From positions 1 through 64,000 of the forward strand of contig NW_003314379.1 of NCBI RefSeq assembly GCF_000143415.4: a DNA stretch of 64,000 nt, in the 5' to 3' direction. Positions within the stretch are counted from its first letter, which is position 1. Every line of letters starts with the position of its first letter. Made by a program: the position numbers and the translations under genes. Shown in pieces: positions 10,501-22,342 of this stretch. The notes beneath the pieces were generated by a model. That model saw nothing but the letters and a program-made list of their open reading frames with translations, did no database searches and was not told the DNA's origin. The stretch comes from Selaginella moellendorffii (Eukaryota > Plantae > Lycopodiophyta).

Positions 10501-10969
10501 GACCTCACTATCCCTACTATACTTTTGGAACCCCCTGAAGCCCCCCCCCCCCCCCCTGTGAGACGCACGCTTTGGGCTTTCACCCCTTGACCCGTATTAG
10601 TATTTGGACTTAGTCTCTGGCTTGATCTCGGACCCGATTTCGGATCCGACTTCGGATTCGGTCTTGGACTCGATCTCGGACTCGATCTCGGACTCGATCT
10701 CGGACCCGACCTCGGACTCGACTTCGGACTCGGTCTCGGACCCGATTTCGGATCTCGGACTCCGTCTCGAACTCGGTCTCGAACTCGGACTCGAACTCGG
10801 TCCCCGAGTTGGTCTCGGACTCGATTCCGGACTCTATCTCGAACTCGGTCCTAGAGTCGGTCTTGGCCTCGATCTTCGACTTGGTCCCATCCGATGAACT
10901 CTTTGTCATTTTGGTCATGCTTTCGGGGTTTCTTTAGCCTACGACACCTCGGCGAGTTGGTTCCTTACA
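7514..10969 (-). mobile_element. Element B: 5' half of an older same-family chromovirus (5' LTR, PBS, gag, PR, start of RT) interrupted by element A
   Basis: LTR 9817-10969, PBS 9802-9813. gag from ATG 9757 with a stop at codon 8. pol to ...KTTCRTR at 7514. RT continues at 81 down to ~25 ([16 protein letters not shown]). Confidence 0.95.
9817..10969 (-). repeat. 5' LTR of element B
   Basis: Same family as A's LTRs but more diverged. TGTAAG...CTTACA termini. Confidence 0.95.
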
Positions 10970-11199
10970 TTCCTATCTGGCAAAAAGATTAGTCACTCTA
11001 TAGTATAGCAAAATTTTCTCCTCTTGTATTATCTCTAATGGGTGATGGCTCCACTTACTTATAATGTTTAATGAATTGATGTTCCTAGTGTAACCACTAA
11101 GTTTGGATTCAAGTGAGCAATTCCCTTATCTTGAAATTGGGTGAGCTCAATCACATGGGGGTGCATGTGAAAAGCTCATTAAACCTTATCATTTAGAGG

Positions 11200-12430
11200 A
11201 AGGAGAAGTTTTTAGTAGGTGAACCTATTGAAAGATCATTGACACACATTTATAAATTGTAAACCGTAAACATTATATTGTCCCCGAGGGGCTATGCCCT
11301 AAGGCATGGCTGGTTGGGATACCTAGTCTGGCTGCATGCACTTGTATAAGTAATCTTGGGCTTGAGTAATACTAGGTTAAAAGACCTCTTAGGAAGTCCA
11401 AATCAAGGCACTTGTGCCACTATCCCCTAGCTATTGGCTCAAACTTAGAGATAATGTGATTGTTATCAACAATTATTTTTTATCTTGTGGTCTTAATTTG
11501 AAGATTAAAAGATCCACTACAAACAAATGACCCCAACTTTATTTCCCACCATATCTAAGATCATGATTGCCCAGAGGTTAGTCATTTTGGGGGGAGGAAA
11601 ATGTATGAGTTTATCAAATGTAAATTTTTTTTGGAAGGACATAAAAAATGACTAACTCACTGATAACTCAAATATTGCAAGATATGCAAAAAAATTCAAT
11701 AAGTTAAAGTGCCAAGGGAAAAGTAAATGGAACTTTTGCTATTATTCCTTATCTCAGAGGACAAATAGATGAGCATATCCATGGATTTTATTATGCGTTT
11801 GCCAAGAACACAAGGCAAAACAAGCAAGCTTGGGTCATTATGGATTGTTTGACCATGTCTATAATGTTGATTCCTTTGAAAAAAGGAGCAAAGAATGTGA
11901 ACATAATTGCAGTTTATTTGGAGCATGTTTTTTTTTGTGAAGCTCATGAAGATTGGCATCAAGCCAATTAGTGGGGATATCCTTAAACAAATGGTAAAAC
12001 TGAGCAAATCAATTAAGGACATGCTAATAAGGTGCACTATTCATAGACAACAAGGATAATAGGATAAATTCTTATTCCTTGTGGAGTTTGTCTATAACAC
12101 TCAGTATAGTGGCACCAATATAACACTTTGCAATGTATGGTCATAATTTCAGGACAGCTTCTAAGCTTGATTTACTTGGATCTCAAGGATCTAAGATGGA
12201 TGATGAGGCAAAAAATGTATCCATGGAATTACTTTTAAAGAGTTCAAAGTTGGTGACTTGGTTTATGTGCAAGTACTATTTATTATCATAGAGTTGTACA
12301 ACTATTGTGTCTTTAAGAGATGGGAGAAGTGACAAATTGTCCCTTATGTATTCAAATCCCTACAAAATCTTAGAACGTATCAATAAAGTGGCTTACTGAG
12401 TGAAGTTGTCAAGTGGGGTTAAAGTTTTAA
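11200..12430 (+). pseudogene. Highly degenerate Ty3/Gypsy integrase remnant
   Basis: Broken frames read SISMDFIMRLPRTQG, LVEFVYNTQYS and PYKILERINKVAY*VKL. Boundaries approximate. Confidence 0.7.
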
Positions 12431-13534
12431 AGCTCTTGTTTCTAAAGTTGTACCAACTCATATGACACCACCAACTAAAAGCTCCTACCACAACTTATAA
12501 TGAAATCATTCACAAAATCATTTGCTCTTCAAGTGCACTAAGTTTGTGTCATGCGTTTTATCAAATTTGCTTAATCTATTGTCTTTGACTGTCTTTGCCT
12601 CCAAAGTTGGGACTTCTCTTTTGAAAGTGTAAGAGCCTCATGATTACAATTTAAATGTCCAATGATCCTTCAACTTAAATTCGTTCATTGCCCTCTCCAT
12701 AACTGGATCTCTCACTCATTGACTAACAGTGAAACTTTTACTGCTTACACACTTGTTGTTGGTGGCCTGCTTCACTGCAAAATTGAAAATTAAGGAAAAT
12801 GTCATTGGAGTTTGCTAGACAGAGATAGACATCAACATTTGTTATTAAGCCTTCCCAATCATCAATGAAAACTTCCACTTTATAGTTGTATTGTCCCTAA
12901 AAATCTTAAACATACAAATATAGTTCAAATACTTAATCTTAAAAAAACTTTAGTATTATATTATAATACTAACTTTCAAGGTTAGTACTAACCTTAAATA
13001 TAAACTTAAAAATCGATAACATATTCTTAGTTATATGTTTTAAACAGCAATATAAATGAGGGAATATTCTTTAGATGGCAACAATTATTCTAATAAAATA
13101 TTCTCAAGTCAACAGTGACTTGGCTCCCTAAATACCAAGCAGCTTGGTGACAAGTATACATAACTGAAAAGTAGAAAGACTAAAGACTGTCTGGCTAATT
13201 GAATATCAGTACCCAGCCCCTGAAATGGTGCTTGAAAGTGGAGTGATATTTCATAACTTGTTGCTGTTTAGAGTTGCCTCATCTAGCTGCTTTTAATATG
13301 GTCTTTTATATCAACAAACACACCTGTGCAAGTTGATCGTGACCAAAAATACATGCTGCCAAAGCGCATCACTCCAATCCTATGAACCCTAGAAAAAATT
13401 AGCGAAGAGGAAGAACAGATCCACCATGCAGCCTTTCTTTACATACAAACTGAATTTGAATAATTGAATTCAGCATTCAATCCCAATTACATCCTATTCA
13501 AATTCCAAATTTCAGTTTTAATACAGGCTTAATC

Positions 13535-13612
13535 AAAGTGTTTATGATATTAATTTATTTTTTCCTAGTTATGCTTAAACTAGAAAAAATAAATTAATAT
13601 CTTAAACACTTT
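13535..13612. repeat. AT-rich near-perfect inverted repeat (35-36-bp arms, 7-nt loop)
   Basis: AAAGTGTTTATGATATTAATTTATTTTTTCCTAGTT ... AACTAGAAAAAATAAATTAATATCTTAAACACTTT. Confidence 0.85.
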
Positions 13613-14001
13613 AAATGTATCAAATATGACCTATTAAATGTATAATTATACAGATACAACACAAATTTTGAAATAATCTATGGTACATGTTTTAAAATTT
13701 ACTATAAAAATTACAGGCCTGAAAAAACATCAAATTTTCAGAAATTCGTATAGGGGTCTGAAAAAGCATATTTACTGGGACTAAGTTATTACGAGTGACC
13801 ACGGAATACTGGTTTTGTTTCATGCTTAACGAATTTTCCCGTTGTTAGTGGTTTCACAAGATATATTTCAAATTTCTCGGCAGCTCGAGTCGATCCCTGC
13901 CGCACTGTCTCCTGCACGGTCTGGAAATTCGGAGAATCTGCATCAGACGGTGTTGCGGCTAGGGCTTAGGCCAAGTGTTGCGGCTAGGGTTCTAGGGTTT
14001 C

Positions 14002-16085
14002 ATGGCTCCGAAGCGCGAGTCTGAGAGCATTCATGAGTTTCTCAGTTCAAGGTATCCTTCCCACCGCAAACTGGAAGATGGTGTCAAGAGGCTGCGAATG
14101 CGGGGTTCCATAAGCTGGATGACCTAGCCAATGTCAACTTCAGGTCTCTCCGCTCCCACCTTTCGGCTCTCTTTTGCATTGCGCTTCGCGACTATATGAG
14201 GCCTGACGCCACAGATCTTGGTATGGTGTGTCTTCCCTTTGTAGTTTTGTGTTCACATCCTTCTTGTGCAGTGGAAGACGACTGCACATTGGAGTGGGGT
14301 TTTGAGTGTACGGAGGTGACCGTCGCTCTGCGGCAAGAGAATGAAATCCTGGAGCTGCCTGCTCAGTACAGTCCGATTGGTCCTCCTCCTGATTCTGAGG
14401 AGGAAATAATTGAGCAAGCTCCAGACGAAGAGGTGAGACTGTTGTTTTCTTTTTCTTTCTCATGTTCCGCATGAATTCAGGACCTAGGCGAAGAATTGGA
14501 AATGATGGAGAATGCTTATAATGATCTACCGGAACCTGCTCAGCCGGGTAAGTTGAGCATTACTCTGACGATTCCTGTCTGAGTGTTGTTCATAGCAGGA
14601 CTGCTGGAGCTGAAAATGTACGTGTTCTCATCAAAGCGGTCTAAGCGGGCCGTAGAGAGGATTTGGTGCAAGACTAGTGGCACCAAGATCTTAGAGAGGC
14701 GGAGCTATGTGAGTCTTCAGGAGGCGGTGCAGGCACGTTGGGACGCCGGAGTTAAGGCAGTTCTGCTAGTTGGAGTGCCTGGGATTGGCAAGACCGGCTT
14801 TATCATCTGCATGCTGCTCAGTTTAATGAAGCAGAGGAAAGCCATTGCACTACAGACCAAGGGAGGAGATTTCTTCCTATTTGAACCGCAGCCTGTGGAA
14901 GCGCCGGGTACTGGCGAGGCTTACGCGTGTCTGAAGCTGAGAAACAAGTCCGTTCTATACGACCCCGAAGTCTACTTTTTGGTGGATGGCAAGATGCCTG
15001 ACGTCCCTTCATTCAGCTGCAAGTCATTACTTGCCACCATCCCCAAGCTGCTCAACTTCCAGGATTACGAGAAGGATGGCCGTGGAGATCTTGTCTTGCT
15101 ACCGGTCTGGTCTGCTGCGGAGATCGCACTGGCTTGGCAGGAGATATTTGATCCGAGACTGCCAGCTCTCGCACATCTTCAGGAAGTTGCTGTGGAGAAT
15201 GCGAAGTTGATTGCCTTGCTTGAAGCAAGAAAGAAGCTGACACTAGATGTTGTCAAAGAGCGGTACAAGAAATGTGGTGGCACGGCTCAGTTTGTGCTGG
15301 AGAAGCCGCACGTAGACTTGGATGAGGTAGTAAGAGGTTTGCAGTCCGTACAGCAGACAGTTGAATTGGTGGGCAGGCAGGTGGCTGATGGAGACCATCC
15401 ATCCCACAAGGTAGTGCACCAGAGGGTGAAACAGGGATACGCCAGCTACGAGTACATGTTTGCTTCTCCGTACCTGTCCGAGGCTGCCCGAAAGAAGCTT
15501 AAAGAGTCAACAAGTGGGGCATTACGGCTGTTCCTGTCCTTCAAGGGTTTGGCAGCGCACGGTGTAAATGGTTGCAAGGGCAATGTATTTCAGCACGAAT
15601 TCAAGTCACTGGCTCACGGAGTTCAGCGATTCAAGGTTCGCCAAGTCTATGAAGATAGAAGCCTGGATGACCAGGAGATGGTGTTCAATTTCGGACAGCC
15701 TTTCGAAGTTCCAAAACTGGAAAGTTTACCAGTTGCTGCTCCTGTGAATCAGATCATCTGGCCAGAGTCTACTGTTGAAGAAACAATCGATGCTATGAAG
15801 ATTGTGCGACTGGCCGGTCGGCTAGACGTTTTGGAGGTGTACCAAGTGACCCTCAGTTCTGCAAGGCATGCGCATGGCCTCAAGTACGCAGCAATGTTGA
15901 AGGTGATGCACAAGTTTGGAATTCCTCCTCACAGGGTCAAGGTATACATCGTTACTACATCCGAGCTTTACCCTGAAGCTGGCTATCAAAACTGGAGGAA
16001 GTCCAGGAACCTCGTGCTCCGAGATGAAAGAATCCTGCGGAGGCTAGTTGGGATCACTCAGTACGTTCTGGATAGTGGAGTGTGA
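14002..16085 (+). CDS. Crinkler/RHS (CR)-type protein: N-terminal header + P-loop NTPase + restriction-endonuclease-like domain; apparent frameshift in exon 1
   Basis: Walker A GVPGIGKT, Walker B FLVDG, LPVWSAAEI, CGGTAQFVL, SHKVVH, FASPYL, GNVFQ, P....ETIDA, VYQVT. GT-AG introns at 14221-14270, 14433-14480 and 14548-14598 join in frame to ORF 14583-16085. Confidence 0.75.
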
Positions 16086-17013
16086 GTTGTGATGATTTCA
16101 GTGTTTTGCAATGAGTTTACCATTAATGGCAAAGCAGAATTCAAGAAATCGCGCATCTGATAGCAAAGGAGCTGATGGCTAGATTGGGGTACTGGAGCAG
16201 GAGGAGATGCAAACCAGCAAATCAAGTAGCAGCAGGAGACGACAATCAAAGATTGATATCAGATCCGGAAGCAGGAAACTATCATACTGGACGAAGAGGC
16301 TGCAGAGCTCCCGAAACCACAGTCGGAACACACTTCTGTCATACAAACGTGTTCGGAACGCCCCTTCCAGTTGCCCAGCAGTCATCCGGATACTATTTAC
16401 ATCCGTAGCTCGGAGTATGTGCAGGAACTAGTCAGAGCAGTTCTCTCCCCAGTACAAATCCTAATTCAACTTCAAGCAGCAGGAGGACCACACAGCAGTC
16501 TGGATTTCCGTCTTCGATCTTCAGAACCCCATAGATCTCAAGCATGTTGACTCGGCTTTGATCCTAAATCAGTTCATATCATTCAAAAACTGAAATGACG
16601 AAGAAAAAAAACACAAATCCATACAACTGCAACAAGCCACGTCTTTTGAAGCTCTCGCTTTCTTCACAATAAGATCAACAGCACTTATTGTATCATTAAA
16701 TAATGTGAAGGCTCGATTCGTAAGTCTCTTTTTTTTTGTTGGTTATCAACTGTTTCGACCAGATCTGAAAGAGCTACCAACGCTCTGTTCAGTATGTCAT
16801 TTGAATCAGTCAGAATCTGATCATACATATTCATAAATGCTCGTTCCTGTTGCCATTGCAACTGGTTTTTGGAAGGTTCCGTCGCAGGTTTCTGTAAAGC
16901 ACGTCTTCTTTTGCAACATTCCTTCGTTTACATAGGAGGGATCTGAGTGACTAGCGGTAGTTCTCGACTTAACAACTTGTTGGCCATCAGCCAGACATTC
17001 GAAAATTTTAGTT

Positions 17014-17085
17014 TGATCCGTGTTATTGTAGGCATGACACTGGACTCTGCATCCAGTATCTGGAGTTCAAATCTTGGCGGAACCT
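17014..17085 (+). pseudogene. Degenerate tRNA-Gln(CTG) copy
   Basis: Anticodon arm CTGGA-CTCTGCA-TCCAG, B-box GAGTTCAAATCT, 3' end GGAACCT. D-arm/A-box decayed. Confidence 0.7.
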
Positions 17086-17201
17086 TGCAAATTTGCAAAA
17101 TACTGACCACCGACGGCGTTGAAAGATTCCAGCACCGCGTCCCTTTTCAATGACAGTCCGTAATCGTAGATGATAAACCAAGCATCGAATTATGTCCAAA
17201 T

Positions 17202-17273
17202 GGTTTCGTGGTCTAGTGGTAGTGACACTCGACTCTGAATCCAGTAACCGGAGTTCAAATCTCGGTGGAACCT
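17202..17273 (+). tRNA. tRNA-Gln(CTG), with stem mismatches (possibly pseudogene)
   Basis: 72-nt GGTTTCGTGGTCTAGTGG...CTCTGAATCCAG...GAGTTCAAATCTCGGTGGAACCT. Upstream CAA, downstream T-runs. C:C mismatch in the anticodon stem and G:G mismatch in the T stem. Confidence 0.8.
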
Positions 17274-17459
17274 AATACTAAAAAATGTTTTCTTTTCACA
17301 GAATTAACGTTTGCTCCTCCAGATGTGGTGCTGATAAATCCTGCATAATCACTTGTTGATTTGGGATTGTTCTCAACCACGTCTGTTTTTAGACGGACGT
17401 GCACTAAAACTCTTTCTTAAATTTACTGTGAGCTTGTGGACTTGCAAAGGTTTCGTGCC

Positions 17460-19445
17460 AAGGTATGATGTTCGTGCTAAGCTTTCTATGGAATCCTCAC
17501 CTCTCGTTGAGGCAGTGCTCAAGGTGGCCACGGACATGCCCCACTGCAAGCCATCTCTACCCCCTGGATCATCTAGCTAAGCTACTGGACATCCTCCACA
17601 AGCAAAGGCTCTACTACAAGCTCACTCCATCGTCCAGGTCAGTCCATTCCAGTAAGTTGGATTCCATTTGACATCATCGCTCCTCCCAGATTGCCGGGCT
17701 CTCGCCGGGTTGGAGCTCGGGCAGTTGCACATGTTTGATCCGCGGCTCCGGAGCAAGAGGCTCAACGTAGTGGGCGTTTCCTGGGAGAAGGGGTTCAACC
17801 AGGTGATCGAGCTGTCGGCCGAGATCCTGTCCACCGTCAAGTTCATCCCGGCTTACTTTGAGGAGATATGGGCAAGTTGAGCGGCGAGATCAGCATCAAG
17901 CAACCTCGATGAAAAGTCATTACTTCAAAAGGATTGCTTTTACTGTGGAAAAAAACATATATGTAGAGGAGTTACTTGAGGAATTTCAAGCTTCCTGGTT
18001 CTAATAAGTCAGGCTTGACCAGACTAACAGGAGGACCGGGGATGAGTAGATCTCTGCGATCCAATTCACTAAGTATGGATCCGATTTCGCCATCGGTTCT
18101 ACTCCTGAAACGCAGCTGATACACAACCGCCTGCGCATCTAGAGATTGCTTTTGTGCTAAAGAGAAATCCCCAATAAGCACCTGATCCACGGCTTGCGCA
18201 ACCTTGCTCCGCGCTGCTAATTGGTATAACGACGCCTTTGCCGCCTCTGTGAACAGGGGTGCGAGATCACCCTTTCCCTTGACTGCATCTGTTCCGTATC
18301 GATGGTTTTACCGTGGTTGCCACGCTATCTGGATCTGGGGATGGTGCCAGCATCGAGACCATCTCCCACGGGGTAGGAGATTTGACCGATGCAAAGCCAG
18401 TTTCTGTGTTTGACGCAGTCAAATTTGCAGTGGATGAGTACTACAACGACATGGTGACAAGGATTGAGCTTTCTGGTGCGACGAGGAAACTGCGCGTGCT
18501 GCTATGACTGATTCTGAAAATCAATTGAACTTGTGGGACAATTAAATTCTCTACTTTCCTGATCCAAGGGAGAATTGTGCATGTGGGGAGAATGGTGAGC
18601 ACCGGGGAGTACGTAATTGGCGATCCCCACCAATGGGTTTCCAGCGATTGTGTATTCACTGGTTTTGGTGGGCCGAGGTGTGCGGAATCCTTCACAGGAT
18701 GGGGCTACTCCCAGGTAGTGGCGGCCGCAGCCCAATCGATCAAATCAAGCTTCTCTCTCCAGTTCTGTGGGGCAGCAATCAGCATTTCCGTCCTGACAGA
18801 CAGGAGAGTCAGCAACGAGGAGAAGCTTGCAGCTGAGCTCCAGCTGGAGGAGATAGCTGGCGTGGATCTCAGCTGGAGTTTGAGTCTCCATAACTCAATA
18901 GGTGCTCAGTCCCAATGGGAGACATGTTGTGTCTGATTACTGTGGTGGCTGTGGCTGTGTTAGTGTGTCCGTTGTTCCTCAGACGTGCTCCTGCGTTCGT
19001 GGCTTTTGCCAAAGCTGCTGGGGGAGCATCATGGCCGAAAACGCTGGGGACTGTTAAATGCATTGTCTGTTCTACGAGTTTTAGGACCCACAACCAGGGG
19101 GGACGCGTACAGCTATGGTGTGATCCTGCGGGATATCTTGAGCGGCACTGGGGTCAAGGACGTGCAGGGAGGCAACCTGATCTGGGTCAAGCTCGGCCAA
19201 GGAGCCGAGGTGTTAGAACGGACATCTCCAACGGGCCCTACATGGTAACTCTGCTCGTGAACCCGCCGCACTGGCTGCCGATGCCGCTGCGGCAGACCAT
19301 GGCGTCGGTCGTGGACGAGCTCCGGGGGCAGGGCAAGGAGATCGATCGCCCCTGGAAGGTGGAGATTCTCGGCCAGGTGTTGCAAGTAGCCAGCATGCTC
19401 CAAGTTGCCAGGTATTTCGAAGACATTGAAGAGGAAGGTCACTAG
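17460..19445. pseudogene. Mosaic of short gene fragments in both orientations, ending in an LRR receptor-kinase (EMS1-like) C-terminal fragment
   Basis: TTRGDAYSYGVIL...GGNLIWVKLGQGAEVL and PWKVE..QVLQVA.SMLQVARYFEDIE resemble kinase subdomains IX-XI with deletions. Unrelated coding-like pieces at ~17480-17880 (+), ~17972-18300 (-) and ~18313-18900 (+). Confidence 0.55.
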
Positions 19446-19979
19446 ACTCTTGCAACTCGTAATCCAGATGAAGGACAGTGGTTAAAAAGTTTTTAAAGCT
19501 TTATCTTTTGTATGTCATTAAGATATTTGTGGTACTTCTCCACAAAAGCTGCAGCTAGTAGATTAATGTTTGAACTGTTTTCTCGATCTGATTTGATACT
19601 CACAAGTCAAGCTGGTGCTTGAGCTTTGCATGGTTTATGCATCATGTGTTATTTGCTGTATCACCTTGATGTTTTCACTTTGTTGCTTTGATAGTTTTAT
19701 TTTCTAGTATCTATCAAGGGACAGAAAAATATGAGGTGCTTAACATACAACATAGTTAGTTTTGATTGAATACTTACTGATGCCAATCAAAAGAAACGTG
19801 AGCACTTTTTTTGTTCTTCTAGTGAGTATTTATATATTATAGAAAAAACTCAGAATTCACTACATGCATATAGTATATAAAACTAGAAACTCATATTAAT
19901 AAGAGTTTTTTCAACTATATATTCATCTGCCACAAAAGTGTTATACTCTAAAGCTCCTTCAAAGTATAGCTTACTAATT

Positions 19980-20325
19980 CAGGAGAACCAAGTTTGAGAA
20001 CAGCCCCAAACCAAAAGATGAGCTTTTTGGTAAAACTGCATGAGTTCTTCACCAGGCTTCACACTCATTCCAACTTGTGATTTATTGTGTTATAGAAGCT
20101 AGATAAAGAATATTAAAATCTGCAGCAATAAGGTTTCTTTTAAAAGGTGGTTTTTCTAGAAAGTCCTCTTGCTATATATACTGATATGTAATTTTAATGC
20201 ATCAGCCACAAATAAAAATAAGAAAGGAGCCAATGGACATCTTTGTCTTACTGATTGTTGTAACTTAATTATATTGCCAACAGTCCCATTTATTGTGATA
20301 TTGCTTGATGCATCTAACTGTACAT
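19980..20325 (-). mobile_element. LINE reverse transcriptase remnant, downstream part
   Basis: ITINGTVGNIIKLQQSVRQRCPLAPFLFLFVADAL matches the GxRQGCPLSP motif. Left boundary approximate. Confidence 0.8.
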
Positions 20326-22342
20326 TGTGAGATACAAAATCCCTAGGCCCCAAAGTGGAGCCGAAAGGGTGCCACGTGGTAGTGGCCGAAGCGAAAGCCA
20401 AACGAGCGTAACACGTTTGGACTAAAAGTTCCGACTTGAAAAGGTCGAGAGTGGGAGTGGAACTCTCAACGAAGTGCTCGAGGAATGAGCACGAAGCGAG
20501 CAATAAGCGAGGCTCCAAAAAGGGACCCAAAAGGACCAACACATGACACGTGGAAGAGTCCGAGATGGAGTCTGAGGTGGAGTCCGAGATGGAGTCCGAG
20601 ATGGAGTCTGAGATGGACCCGAAATGGACCCGAGATGGACCCGAGTTGGAGTCCGAAGTGGAGTCCGAGAAGGACCCCGAGATGGAGTCCAAGGTGGAGT
20701 CCGAGGTGGACCCGAGATGGAACTGAGATGGAGTCCGAGATGGAGTCTGAAGTGGAGTCCGAGATGGACCCGAGATGGAGTCTGAGATGGAGTCCGAAGT
20801 GGAGTTCGAGAAGGACCCCGAGATGGAGTCCAAGGTGGAGTCCAAGGTGGACCCGAGATGGACCCGAGATGGAGTCCGAGATGGAGTCCGAGATGGAGTC
20901 TGAGGTGGAGTCCGAGATGGAGTCCGAGGTGGAGTCCGAGGTGGAGTCCGAGATGGAGTCCAAGATGGACTCGAGATGGAGTCCGAGATGGAGTCCGAGG
21001 TGGAGTTCGAGATGGAGTCTGAGCTGGACCCAAGATGGAGTCCGAGATGGACCCGAGATGGGACCCGAGATGGAGTCCGAGAAGGACCCGAGATGGAGTC
21101 CGAGATGGACCCAAGATGGACCTGAGATGGAGCCCGAGATGGACCCGAGATGGAGTCCAAAGTCGAGACCGGGACCGAGACCGAGACCGGGACCGAGACC
21201 GAGACCGAGATCGGGACCGAGACCGAGATCGGGACCGAGACCGAGACCGAGGCCGAGGCCAAGACCGAGCCCGAGCCCGAGTCCGAGTCCGAATCCAAGT
21301 CCGAGTCCGAGTCTGAGTCCGAGTCTGAGTCCGAGTTCGAGTCTGAGAGGGTGAAAGCCCAAAGCGTTCGTCTCCCAGACCCTGGGGGGTTTGGTGAGCT
21401 CCAAAAGTATAGTAGGGGGAGGACTGCAGTGGAGCCAGTTTGGGCAGGAAAGGCCAGTTTGGCCCAGGAAGGCTGTACCTAGTGTTGGGTGATGAGCTGC
21501 CCATTGGGAAGTCCAAGACTAGAGTGAACACGGACCGACAAGTGGGGTAGCTTGGTGAAGTGTTCAAGAGCCGGCTCTAGTTCCCCCGGGAGATCAACTG
21601 GCCGATGCTCCCAGTCCAAGTGTGGGTGGCACTACCTATTTGGATACCTGGTGTGGCTCAACAGAACCTTGCTCTAAGCCCATGGCTAGAGCACCCAAGG
21701 GCAGAAGGCGAGGAGAATACCCACGAGGCCCACGTAGGGCCACGGTGTTCCGAAATGTTGCTCCAAAGTCCTAGACTGTGGAAAGGAAGAAGAGTAACCC
21801 TCTAGTGTGGTGACCAAGGACACAGTCACACAATGAGGAAGTCCCAGAGGACAGTTGGACTTAGTGGTCGGGCCTATGGGCCTTGATCCAGTAGCAGTGA
21901 TGGCGAACATGGCCATGGACAGAAAGGGACTTGGTGGGGACTGGAAAAGAGATATTGGGGAAGGCTATTCCCCATGTCTGTGAGCATCCTAAGGATGTGA
22001 AGGAGTGGATCTGGGATGATCACTCATGGACGGATGGCCCAATCTTTGAGAGATGGGACTGTGATGTAGGTGGCATCAAACCACCGGTGTGACCAAGGTG
22101 AATGCGCATGGCCTCAGCGTAATGGGCCGATATGTCGGTGGTACCTTGGGGTGTCGGTCATGGGATCGGACACGTGGAGCACTTGGACCAAGTGCTAAGG
22201 TTGAGTGGCATGGATGCCATTTTCGGGGCTATTAAGCCCCAAGTCCCGAATTGGACCTACGGAGGTTGTGAAAGAGACTCCTCCAAGTGGTCGGAGATGT
22301 GGTTAAGTGACTAAAGTAGAATGGAAAAATTAGTCGCTCACA
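20326..22342 (+). repeat. 5' LTR of element C with internal 12-mer/6-mer tandem array (~20555-21345)
   Basis: TGTGAG...CTCACA termini. (GAGATGGAGTCC)n, (GAGACC)n and (GAGTCC)n arrays. Confidence 0.95.

Noticed and set aside
82-10969. Three LTRs read as a tandem two-element array sharing a middle LTR
   Set aside because: The middle LTR is followed by mid-RT sequence rather than a PPT, and a TSD plus the RT continuation at 25-81 show a nested insertion.
17014-20326. tRNA-gene-targeted integration of element C
   Set aside because: The insertion is ~3 kb from the tRNA genes and inside a LINE, too far for Ty3-style targeting.
20555-21345. Repeat array as a possible CRISPR
   Set aside because: Contiguous short units with no unique spacers, no cas genes, and a eukaryotic LTR context.
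20156-21567. Long RS-, SD- and LG-repeat ORFs (also 865-1179, 7148-7462, 10604-10918, 26248-27586) resembling SR proteins
   Set aside because: They arise from stop-free 6/12-bp tandem arrays inside LTRs, are open in several frames at once, and have no RRM or other domain.
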